A DNA stretch of 64,000 nt from Azolla caroliniana (Eukaryota > Plantae > Polypodiophyta), in NCBI GenBank assembly GCA_043228905.1, contig JBHGNT010000017.1:1674001-1738000 (forward strand), in the 5' to 3' direction. The notes under the pieces were generated by a model. That model was not told the DNA's origin, ran no database searches, and worked only from the letters and a program-made list of their open reading frames with translations. Positions 35,311 to 46,061 of this stretch are shown one piece after another (within the stretch, counting starts at the first letter, position 1; the number at the start of each line of letters is the position of its first letter). A program made the translations under genes and the position numbers.

Positions 35311-37266
35311 GTGGTGTGACTCTTGACTATTGAAAGGTGTGTTCACACGTTGTGTTATGTTGAGCTTGATTCTCAACACGCCCCCTCAAGCTCAACTTGG
35401 GTTGGTTCCTTTCGATTGATGTCCGCTTCAGTTGCTATCCAGTTCGGACGATCTCCTTCATGTCGAAGTAATTCATTGTTGTCCGTCATCTCGAATTTGT
35501 TGGAGAGGAGGGACTTCACCTTGTTGATGTCGACTAAATGCTCACCTCCAATCACCAAATCATCCACGTATAGGATGATGAAAATCGAGCTTCTAGAGTC
35601 ATTTCGTACGTAGAGGGAGTTGTCAGATTTTGACATTCGAAAGCCGATTCGATGAAGATATTGCATAATCTTCGAATGCCAAGCACGCGGTGCTTGCTTG
35701 AGGCCGTAGAGTGGCTTCTTGAGTCAGCACACGACTTTCGGATGAGTACGCGATTCGAAGCTGGGTGGTTGTACCATGTATACCTCCTCTTCTAATTCGC
35801 CTTGAAGAAAGGCGTTCTTTACGTCCATCTGATGGAGATGACACCCTTTTGCCGCTGCGAGTGCAATTACGGTCCGCACCGTTGTCATCTTTGCCACGGG
35901 GGCAAATGTCTCTTCATAGTCGACTCCATGTGTTTGTGCATATCCTTTTGCTACGAGTCGAGCTTTGTAGCGGTTTATGGAGCCATCAACGTTATATTTC
36001 ACCTTGTAGATCAATCTGCAACCGATCGCCTTCTTGTGCGGTGAGTGGGGAACAAGATCCCATGTTTCGTTCTTGCAAAGTGCCCGCATCCCCTCGTTCA
36101 TTGCTTCGACCCATCGCGGGTCCTTCACAGCTTCGGAAAAGGTTTCCAGCTCCCGTATTGTTGCTACCTTCATCATAAAGGCGTAATGGTACGCCATATA
36201 ATCGTTGTAGTTGAATCAGCTTACGGGGTTCTTTTCACAGGTGGATCGGCGGAGCTTCTCATTTCCGGATACTAAGGCTTTCTTCACTCCATTTGTCCGG
36301 ATGTCAAGGCCGTCGAACTCACTATCGAGGGAGTGAGTTGATTCGTTGTCGTCGAAGTGATTGTCTTCATACTCCGGCATTTTCGCCTTCCCTTTGTCCA
36401 GCTTCGAACTCGGCCGAGATGTGCTTTGATCGCTCGAAGGTTCTTGAGGCCCACTAAGCCTTGTTGTAATTGGGCTTTCTTCGAACATGCGCGTGAGCCG
36501 ATCTTCGGCTTCTATCTCTATTTCGGCGTGAGCTGACGAGGTATTGGGTCATCTTGTACTCCCAAGATGAATAATTTCCCCTGTCTAACTTTTCACTAGG
36601 GAGCGACCTACCCATTTGTGTGTTCATGTTGATTGTAGTGTCTTCTCTTCTTTTGCTTTTCTTCCTTCGATCATGTACACATGCTACGTAGCGGCACTAC
36701 GATAGCCGATAGTCGGATTTTGTCGTCGGCGTCTCAAACGCACAATCATGGAGTTGGGTGGGCTTAGTGGATTTTCTAAACCACACGCTCTGATACCATG
36801 TTAGAATTAGGTGATTAACTACGGGTTAATTAGTATCTAATTATGTGATTAGTTGATAAGCAGAAGATTAAGTGATATGTGTGGGTATGTGTGTAAGAGG
36901 AAGAGAGAGAGAGGAAGTTAACACTTATGAACAACACAAGATGGGGGATGATTAACTCTATATTAAATTAGCATCATCATCATCAACAACAAATACAAAA
37001 ATACCTACAATGAGGTATATATACCAACTCTATATATACAAAGGGTGCACATGTGTGAGGAGAATCTAGGTACAAAGGTGTAAGTCCTATATTAAATGTA
37101 CTTGGGAGTGGAGGATCTAGAATATCCCACTTAAGTACAAGGTCCTATTTAAGGCGTTATAGTCAACACTTCTAACTAGATTCTATCTAGGTAACTATGA
37201 AGTTACATGGTTGACTAACTAACTAAACTAAGTTGAGCTTGATCTCTCAACAATATACATATATAT

Positions 37267-37305
37267 ATCCCACATACAAAGCCATGTTTTGGTGTGTCCT
37301 ATAAG
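37267..37305 (+). promoter_or_regulatory. snRNA promoter (USE ATCCCACATAC + TATAA) of the broken U2 copy
   Basis: USE core at -66 and TATA at -34 relative to 37334; paralog of 51283-51320. Confidence 0.8.
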
Positions 37306-37333
37306 TATGGAAAGTAGAAGCATATAACAAATG

Positions 37334-37368
37334 ATACCTTTATCGGCCATTTGGCTAAGATCAAGTGT
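37334..37368 (+). pseudogene. U2: U2 snRNA 5' fragment, truncated by LTR sequence
   Basis: ATACCTTTATCGGCCATTTGGCTAAGATCAAGTGT has 2 mismatches to the U2 at 51349, then similarity stops. Confidence 0.88.
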
Positions 37369-37379
37369 TTGGTTGCAAC

Positions 37380-37740
37380 TGTAAGGAACAGTACTAACAC
37401 AGAGAAGGAATTAGTACTAAACGAAGGATTAGTACTATGAGAGGTGTAGAACTTCTTTGAGAGAAGGAGGAAGTGAGCGAGACGGAGAGAAAGAGAGAGA
37501 TCGAGAGAGGGAGAGAGTGATGATAAGAAAGATATGTATTATGTGAAGAGAATATACAATGGTGGCTAAAAGGCTTAAGACTGGCGTTGAACCAATTTGG
37601 TTCAACATAATGCCTAGTGCCCTCTTTTATAGTGTTTTCAGGAGTAATCTTGAAGCTTCTAGAATGTTCTAGAGAAATCTAGAATATACATTAATTTCCT
37701 ATAATAAAATGTAAATGAAAATAATATCCTACGTATTACA
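37380..37740. repeat. Solo-LTR-like segment (TGTAA...TTACA)
   Basis: Inverted termini, AG-rich tract and a TATA-like motif; no matching TSD found. Confidence 0.45.
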
Positions 37741-38033
37741 ATAGATGATATAATGGTCAAGAGCTCGACCCATATAACCTAAGGTCATGGGTTCGAGTCT
37801 TGCCATATCATGATAGCAACAAGCAGCGCGTGGGTTGTCTTCACCTTCGGCGGGTTCTCAGCACGTCGCATCCTAGTGTGTCTGTGTGCGTGTGGGTGTC
37901 GATTTCTATCGTGGTGGTGAGCCCGTGCACTCAACGGAAGTTCGGTGGCGGGTTTCACTCCTCGGCATGCAAGACCCATTCGAGCCGGCGAGCCCGAGTG
38001 CTCCCCATAGGCCGCTGGGCGATAGGAGGCAGT

Positions 38034-38269
38034 TCTAGCAGAGAGGTGCCATGCATGAGGATCTCTTCGCGCGAACACGCATGGGTGCTTCCCGACCGAT
38101 CCTAGGATGCAAGCCCACTCGCACTTGCCGAGCGACACCGGCGGCGTCACCTCTAGCAGAGAGGTGCCATGCATGAGGATCTCTTCGCGCGAACACGCAT
38201 GGGTGCTTCCCGACCGATCCTAGGATGCAAGCCCACTCGCACTTGCCGAGCGACACCGGCGGCGTCACC
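38034..38269 (+). repeat. Perfect 118-bp tandem duplication within the Copia F LTR
   Basis: Units start at 38034 and 38152. Confidence 0.93.
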
Positions 38270-38659
38270 ACGGGCATCATGTATATATCTATGTGTGTGT
38301 GTCTGTGTTTCCGGTTAGCTTAGGGTTCGAGTGCGGGTGCATGCGCGGTTGTCGGGGTAGGTGTGCCGGCAGTAGTCGGGTGTGTGTGTGTGTGTGTGTA
38401 TGTGTGCGCGCGCGAGTGCCCGGGCACAACTAACCGGGTTGTACATACCGACGTGAAGGGCGGGAAGAACAGAAAAACAGAGAGAGAAAAACAGAAAAAG
38501 AAAGAGGGAGCAAGAGAAAGAGTTGACTATCGATGTAGAGACAGAGACCTACAAGGGGTTGTTCGTGTTATCGAAGAACCACAATTGAACAACACCTGTC
38601 CTGTCTAGTTATTTCAAGTTTCTTCGTTTTATGTTTCTCTAGTTTTCGTTTTCTCTGGT

Positions 38660-38950
38660 TTATCCACCCAATCGGGTGAGGATCGTAGCCAAGGTTGTTG
38701 CCTTGAAGCTAATATATTTCCTCTAGACAAAAACCTAGAGAGACTAGTACATTCCTTGTGCTTATTGTTATTGTATCCACCCAATCGGGTGACGATTGTA
38801 GCCAAGGTTGCTACCTTGAGGCTAAGACATTTCTCTAGTCAAAACCTAGAGAGTTTGTACGCAGTTTGTAATCCTTGTTATTCTATCCACCCAATTGAGT
38901 GAAGGTTGTAACCAAGGCCATTGCCTTGAGGTAGATACACCCCTCTAGTG
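38660..38950 (+). repeat. Three degenerate ~110-bp repeats in the Copia F LTR
   Basis: TATCCACCCAAT..GTGA..GTAGCCAAGGTTG..CCTTGA at ~38661, ~38775 and ~38884. Confidence 0.8.
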
Positions 38951-39243
38951 AGGACGTATTCCGTTGTACTCAAAGATATAGTGAAGTTGTTTGGAACCTA
39001 AGGTACCTGTGGTTTTCCCTATTTTGGGTTTTCCACGTTAAAAATTTTGGTGTACTCTCATTTTCTGTCTTGTGGTTTCAGCCGTGGTTTAATTTTTCTT
39101 GATTGAGTTGGTAGTCCAAATCATCCCGATTCGGATCCATATTCCCAACAAGTGGTATCAGAGCGAGATTCATACCCTCCGCAAAGACTTGGAACATAGA
39201 TGAATCATTAGGCGGGATGATTAAACTGACGGGATCCAACTAC

Positions 39244-40095
39244 CCCATTCCTCCTTATGATCATTTGCCATAGCTTCTCTAAAGCTTCCTGGCTCTCCTC
39301 CATCTGAAAGCATCACATATTCATGTGGGTTGTATCTAGTAGAAGGTCTTCTTTGTCTCATAGACCTTCTAACCTCTTCCTCTTTCGGAGGAGCTGCTGA
39401 AATGTCACCTAGAGTATGATGGTCATGATTCTGCCCATCATCATCGTCAGTTGCATCATCAACCATATCATCATACTCCTCGATATCTCCCCCATGACCT
39501 TGTGTGTCTGGGGTAGGAATTGGGTGTTCAGTGACTGAAAAATCAGGGGTGAGATCATGCATTTCATTTAGCTCCGAATCTTGTAAGATCTGATCCTCAA
39601 GGAATACCACATCCCTGCTTCTAATGACCTTCTTCTCTACTGGGTCATAAAGTCTATAGTCGAATTCCTCATGGTTGTATCCCAAGAATATGCATGGTTT
39701 GCATTTGTCATCAAGCTTGGATCTTTCATCTTTTGGGATGTGAATGTAGGCCCTACATCCAAACACTCTCAAATGTTTGTATGACACATCTTTACCTGTC
39801 CAAACCCTCTCGGGAACATCGTCATCCAAGGGGGCTGACGGAAATAGGTTTATGAGGTCAATTGTAGTCCTCATTGATTCACCCCAAAAAGGATTTAGGC
39901 AATTTTGGGTGGGATAACATACATCTTATCCACTCACAAATTGTCATATTCATCCTCTCAGCCACACCATTGTGTTGAGGTGTTTTCAGGACACTTCTCT
40001 CTAGTCTAATACCATGCTCATGACAATATTCCTCAAATCATCCTTCATATTCACCGCCATTATCGGCACGAATACATTTCAACATTCTTCCAGTT
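39244..40095 (-). pseudogene. Copia (Tork-like) integrase fragment, inverted relative to the upstream LTR and gag
   Basis: ORF 39221..39874 has LRVFGCRAYIHIPKDERSKLD..CIFLGY and EPGSFREAM. Confidence 0.88.
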
Positions 40096-40605
40096 TACAT
40101 TTTGGGCATTGGGTCATGCATTACCTTCAATCCCACAAACTCTCTATCCTTTGTTTGGGCCACTAATGCGGACCCAAAGCCCAAAATGTAAATAATGCAA
40201 ACCTGAACCTAAACAAGCAATGGGTACTAAAGGGTTGGTAGATAACTGCCCGTTTGTTACACTTCTCTTTACACTTCCTATTCGATGGGGTATGCATACC
40301 CATGATGCTCTGCACCGTATCATGGTAAGAATTTGGTAATCATGGGTTCTATGCATAGCATGTCTAGCAGTGATCATGGGTGCATAGACATGCCATGTGC
40401 TGCCATATATATATATATGCGCGTCCATATACAATCCATGATTCTGTCTGTCTCTCTATTATGTATGCACTCTTTCTCCATCTCCACCTATTGTTTTAGT
40501 CCATCTGTTTTTTAAATTGCATAATCGTGCTCCCAAATTTCTAATATTAAAACTCACTTTCCAAAAGCTTAGAAGGGCCCAATTTGATTTTGGAGATAAA
40601 TTGAA

Positions 40606-40770
40606 AGGGGGGCCGCGCGAACGCGAGCCCCCGCTGCCACAAATTATGACGTGCACTCTCCCACATTGGGGAGATGTTAGGGCAAACAGCCACTCCGGCA
40701 GTGCAATGGAGGCGCCGGCCCTAAGCCATCGACCTTGTTGATCACCGATAGACCCCGCCCAGGTAAGTAT
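40606..40770 (-). ncRNA. U1: U1 spliceosomal snRNA, complete
   Basis: Revcomp starts ATACTTACCTGG. Loop I GATCAACAAG, loop II ATTGCACT, Sm site AATTTGTG, SL4 with TTCG loop. Confidence 0.95.
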
Positions 40771-40796
40771 GTTTTGCTGCAGCTCAAACCACTCAA

Positions 40797-40835
40797 TTTA
40801 TACCTCCCTTCCTCCCCGTCCTCTCTATGTGGGAC
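40797..40835 (-). promoter_or_regulatory. U1 promoter: USE GTCCCACATAG (-64) and TATAAA (-32)
   Basis: Matches the plant USE RTCCCACAT core. Confidence 0.85.
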
Positions 40836-41525
40836 AAATAGAAGGTACACTCTCTATCTTCACTTTTCCATTTCCGCTCTTTTTGTATGTTATATGTACG
40901 CATTCCCTTCGCCATGACACACTCAACACTACCACTACTACTACTTTTACTAACCATCCTATCCCGTGATGTTTCCCTCATTGCACAATCTATGATATAC
41001 ATAATGTGGGTACATGTGTTGCTTCTTAGATGCTATACGAAGCAAAATGAAACTAGTTCATGAGTGAGTGGGCACTACTCACTACCCATTATTGTACATG
41101 GAAACTCACATCCTAACCACCAAATTTGTGTTGGATGCTAATCCTCGAGGAATTTGAGAGGGGCAATATTCCACATGATTCAAATGTTGCATCCAACATT
41201 GGAAAAGTTGTCTAGACGAGAAATGGGGGACACACGAATTTGTGTGCCAAATGACTTCTCCAATGAAGAGGTGGACCCTTGTTTGACGACACACATTAGT
41301 TATGCCAACTTGTTGGTTTGTGAACTTGTATGAACATTTTACCCACCAACTACAACGAGATTTAGTACAACCCCTCCTTAATCTTTAATTTGAGTTTAAC
41401 ACTGATTAGGGTTAAGAGCTAATTAAGCCAAACTCTAATCACTTCATTCTTGTAAGTGTGTGACACACTCTTTCATAATAAGTTGTGTGCATTATCTCTT
41501 ACTCTTTTCACGTATGTAATGTTAA

Positions 41526-42588
41526 GGGAAAAGTACCAGGATACCCCTGGAAGTTCGTCTATTTACCAGAATGTCCCTGGAAGTTCCAAATTTACCAAAC
41601 TACTACCTCTATGTCCAAAAAAATACACATTATAAAGTAATTATACACTCAAATCTACAAGCCCTATTTACCAAAATACCCTTCAAACACAAATTTCTTT
41701 ACTTACACGATTGTTTGGGTCCTTTGTACCTAACAATGTAGTCTTTCTTTTCTTTCTTCTTCATTGGGTTTATCAATCATCTTCATCATCAAGATATGGG
41801 GTTATCTTGTGCATTATTAGATATTTTGTTGAGTCGATAGATATATTTGATTGTGTGGATATTTTTGGAATTACACTTTTTATAGACGGGTCAAAATTAA
41901 CATGTAATTATTACATTTCGATAATTAATTTTGGTTTGCGAGTATTTTTGAAATTGATAAGATTGAGGAGATTTAGTTGTGATTGCATTTTGCTAACAAA
42001 ATTTAGTTTAAAACCATGAAATTTGGTTTAAGATGGCATTTTAATAGCAAAGTGTTATGTGAGATTTCGTTTAAAATGACATTTTGGTAGCAATGTTTTT
42101 CATGAGATTTGGTTTAACATTTTGGCTGCAAATTGTTTGTGAATTCGTAAATTCATGGAATTTGGCTTCAAAATGGCATCCCAATGGTAAAATTTGGTGT
42201 GTGATCAAATGTTTTGGTTTTAAGATTAAATTTTGGTCACTTCAATCAAAAAATTTATAACTCGGTGTAAATTCATAGAATTGGATTTTAAGGTGACCTT
42301 TCAATTGAAATTATTGATATATAATATAATTTTGATAATTTAGTTTGATTGATGATGTATTTTGAAAAATAAAAGTGGTATAAATTGGTCAAAATAGGTA
42401 TATAGTGGCATTATGGTAAATAAGTTTAGGTTTAAGGGTACTCTGGTAAATAAGGCTTGTAGATTTGAGTGTATACTTACTTTATAAAGAGTCTTTTTTT
42501 GGACATAGGGGTAGTTTGGTAAATTTGGAATTTCCGGGGGCATTCTGGTAAATAGACGAACTTTCAGGGGTATCCTGGTACTTTTCCC
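41526..42588. mobile_element. Non-autonomous Mutator-like element
   Basis: ~160-bp TIRs (GGGAAAAGTACCAGGATACCCCTG...). 9-bp TSD TAATGTTAA at 41517-41525 and 42589-42597. Confidence 0.93.
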
Positions 42589-44749
42589 TAATGTTAATTA
42601 GTATACTCTATCAAGAATGAAAGATCAAGCGAGAGAGAGAACCACTAGGGTTACTTAAGCTAGTAGCTCATGAGTGACCGACATCCACTATTGCCATATT
42701 CTCTACTAATAGAGTATACGTTGATCCGGATCCTCAACCCAATGATATTGATGGGAGTCATAACTCCATTGATACATAAAACACTTTCTTGTTCATGCAC
42801 ATAGAAACCACACATGGACTACCCCCAACACAATCATGTGTTGCACAAAAGAAGAGCATCATACCCCACCAACAGATACATAATGCAAAACACAACCATC
42901 ACACAACGAAAAGTGGCTCTCTTAGAACACAACAACGTGAGCCCGACACAAGCAACACCTAATTGACAACTACAACCCAAAGGCCCACCACAATCCCCTA
43001 GCTCAAATTGAACACACTAACCACTGGAGGATATAAAGCAAATTGGAGACCCACAAAGATACGACGATACCTGAGTGCACATGGAACTCTCAGCCATCAC
43101 GTTTGTCCATCTAACAAAGGACACTCGACAAGCCAAAACACTTCATGTTGTGAAGGTTACACAATTATAACCACAACTAGACGTTTGGACTAGAGAGCAA
43201 AAAAACAAAATCCCTACCTTGACCATGCAAGAACAGAAGCCAACACACTTCAAAATCAAATAGGACAACTCAAAACTAAACTAGTCATGCTCTTAGCCAA
43301 AGTGGAGGCCATGAAAGATTGAATAAATATAACCTCTAGCGTGCAAAAGGAGGGCGGAGCTAGAAAAGCATATTAGTGTCCTATGCACAACCAAGCAAGT
43401 ACTAGAACGACACCCAAGACAAATGCGCACCAGCTTCCCAACTCCAACAAAATAGCTCAACTCCACTTGAGTATGCAAAGAGGGTTCGACAAACCTCGTC
43501 AAGAGCGAATCAAATGCCATACCATCACATATGGTTTGAGCAGTACTTGTGTACACAAGGACAACTTCATACCAAACAAAGCTATTTATAACTCCCTTGT
43601 ACACCTTGAGTAATCATGTAACAAATGAAACAAGCTCTTTTGGTTTTGTTGACCACAAAGAAGGTGTTCAAGGAATATCTGCAATGCCCATAATTGGCTA
43701 GCAAACAATGTAAAAGAATTCCTCGGCACCTCCTAGATGCAATACGTCAAACTTCCCCCTCTCAACTTCCAACGCCTCCCCCATTGCCTTCAACATCCTC
43801 TCAATTGTGCTCCAAGCCCCACCTACTCCATCCTCAACAACACAACTCCACCCCTTCCCAACAACACCCCATGCCCCGCCCCCCCCCCCCCCCCCCCCCA
43901 TCTGCATCAAGACCCATTTTGACTCCATTCGCCTATTCTCTACTCCCAATGTTGTGCACCCAAGAGTGTGCAATCATTATGCTAGGGGGAATGTTCAATA
44001 CCCACCATTCACAGCAAAAACTACAAAGACATCGAGAACCAAAATATATTGGAAGCTCAAATGAACTCTAGAAAAAGAGGGATAGAATAAATCTCACTGA
44101 AAGCTAGAGGGCAAATGGCCACTCTAATATGAAAGTGTCCCAAACCCATTTTAAAAATTTATAAAAGTCATGTATTTGGTGACTTTGGTAGTTCTTATAT
44201 CTTCTTGGGTTTTCTCCTTTTAACATAGCTTTATTTAGAGCTCTAATTCCATCTCCTGAATCTTCCACTTGAGTTTCAGAGTGAGTAAGGTTAAGCGCTA
44301 ATTAGCAAAACCTTAATCACTCTGCCTCTTGTATGTGTGTTGTATACTTTCTTTATAATGGAAATGGTGATTGTCTTTCTTTATATGTACTATGTTGTTT
44401 ACATATTTGGTTAACTGTAATAATATATTACTAGAGAGAGTTAACATGTGACAATGAATGTGAAATGTATGTGTACTGGTATGATTTAATAAATTTGTGT
44501 TAACACGGAATATTTGATGTATGTTTGTGTGTATGAATGGATGTTTGTATGTATAATTGATTGTATGAATATGTACATATATGTGCATGATTTAATGAAT
44601 ATGTGTTAAATCAATGTGTTCAGTGTATGTATAAATGTTTTTATTACTTTATGTGTGTATGATTGTATCAATATGTATGTATATATGTTTATATATGCTT
44701 TGTGTGTGTGTGTGTGTTTGAGAGAGAGATTCTGTGTAGTTACCTAGCA

Positions 44750-45373
44750 TAGGGATCGGCAACGGTTCGGTTTAGGCTTACCAAACCGGCTAAGCCTAAA
44801 CCGCTTATAGGATCTCAAACCTGAGCCGAGCCGAGCCGAGCCGGTTCACAAACCGGGTTTGTGAACCGGCTTGTAAACCGGTTTCCAAACCGGCTTGGAA
44901 ACCGGTTTAGAAACCTTCGTCTCTCTCTCTCTCTCTCCCTACCTCCCTCTCTCTCTCAGATGATCCCTCCCACTCTCTCTCACGTCTGTGGTCTCGACTC
45001 TCTCTCCCTCTCCCTCTCTCTCCCCTCTATGTAGTTCCTCTCTCTCTCTCTCTCTCCTTATATGTTGTCTCCCTCCCTCTCTCTCTCTCTCCTCGTTTGT
45101 GTAGTCTCTCTCTCTCTCTCTCCTTATATGTTGTCTCCCTCCCTCTGTCTCTCTCTCCTCGTCTATGTAGTTCTCCCTCCCTTACTCTCTCTCTCTCTTT
45201 CCCCTTGTCTGTTGTCTCTCTCCCCCTCTCTAAAGTTTATAAATGGCTTAAACGGTTTATCCGGCTTGAGCCGGTTGGCGAGGCTCAAGCCAAGCCGAGC
45301 CGAGCCGCTAAGCCGTTTTCAAGCCGGCTAAGCCAAACGGTTTAGGCTTGAGCCGAGCCGTTGCCGATCCCTA
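44750..45373. mobile_element. Non-autonomous hAT-type element ~690 bp upstream of the RLP gene
   Basis: TIR TAGGGATCGGCAACGG. 8-bp TSD ACCTAGCA at 44742-44749 and 45374-45381. AAACCGG/GAGCC subterminal repeats and a CT-rich core. Confidence 0.93.
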
Positions 45374-46061
45374 ACCTAGCATATGAAAGAGAGACAAAGT
45401 GAGATGCTATCTGCATTAGGAATCGGCAACAACTTAGTTTCTGCTTATCCAGTTTGGTGGACAAGGCCAAACTGGTTTGGAAGTTATCGAGCTTGAATCA
45501 AACTAATTCCAAACCACTTAAGCCTTAACATGCTTTATGTCTTGGGATTAAGCCTTAACATACTTTATGTATATTGGTATTGGCCGCCTTTGTTGTTGTT
45601 CTGAACATCCCCTCAATATTATCATGATTCATTGGCACGTTCTTAGTGGTGATAAGGAGTGTTTGTCATCGCATCCGGCAATACTAGAATAAGGATAAAA
45701 TCTGTATGCTTTAGAAGATTGACCAGGAATTGGCGAATCTGTGGTGGGTTCAGCTTTGTTAAGTGGGATAGTGGGTGGCGGCAAAGTCCATGGGGAGTCA
45801 TACGTCCGGGTCGGGAGTTACTCTATAAATGAATGACTTATCCTGCTTCTTTGACGTAATCAATTACTCTGCAAGGCATCCATTGCTGTTCATCACTCCC
45901 CGTCCCATCTTCAAACGTATTCATTACGTTGGTTGCAGTTGGTTTCCTCTATTCCAAAACTTCCATCTCTTTCACTCACTCACTCCCCCTCCTCCATCGT
46001 ATCCTACACTCCGTTCCTCCTCGGTTGGTTTCGACCATCCTTAATATTCCGTTTTCACTAG

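Larger units (their letters stand above)
24165..37252 (-). mobile_element. Ty1/Copia element D: internally deleted, unmatched LTRs, host of G2 and Copia E
   Basis: Left LTR 24165-35378 (interrupted; related to the Copia C LTR), PPT 35379-35390, RT fragments 35373-36488, PBS 36786-36798, right LTR 36799-37252. Confidence 0.8.
37741..39243 (+). mobile_element. Copia F: long LTR, PBS and start of gag
   Basis: LTR ends CCCAACA at 39150, PBS TGGTATCAGAGC 39153-39164, then MIKLTGSNY. U5 motif GGGTTTTCCACGT is shared with the A/B LTRs. Left boundary is uncertain. Confidence 0.75.

Noticed and set aside
37760-37806. tRNA-like stretch with GGTTCGAG
   Set aside because: It is a simple hairpin (CTCGACCCAT...ATGGGTTCGAG) with no D arm or acceptor stem.
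40659-40667. USE-like TCCCACAT on + inside the U1 bodies (also ~52853, ~53167)
   Set aside because: It is the antisense of U1 stem-loop III; no TATA or snRNA follows.
42640-44100. Short ORFs (43383..43613, 43694..44071) as a host gene
   Set aside because: No recognisable domain; the Pro-rich translation comes from a poly-C tract; probably a decayed repeat.
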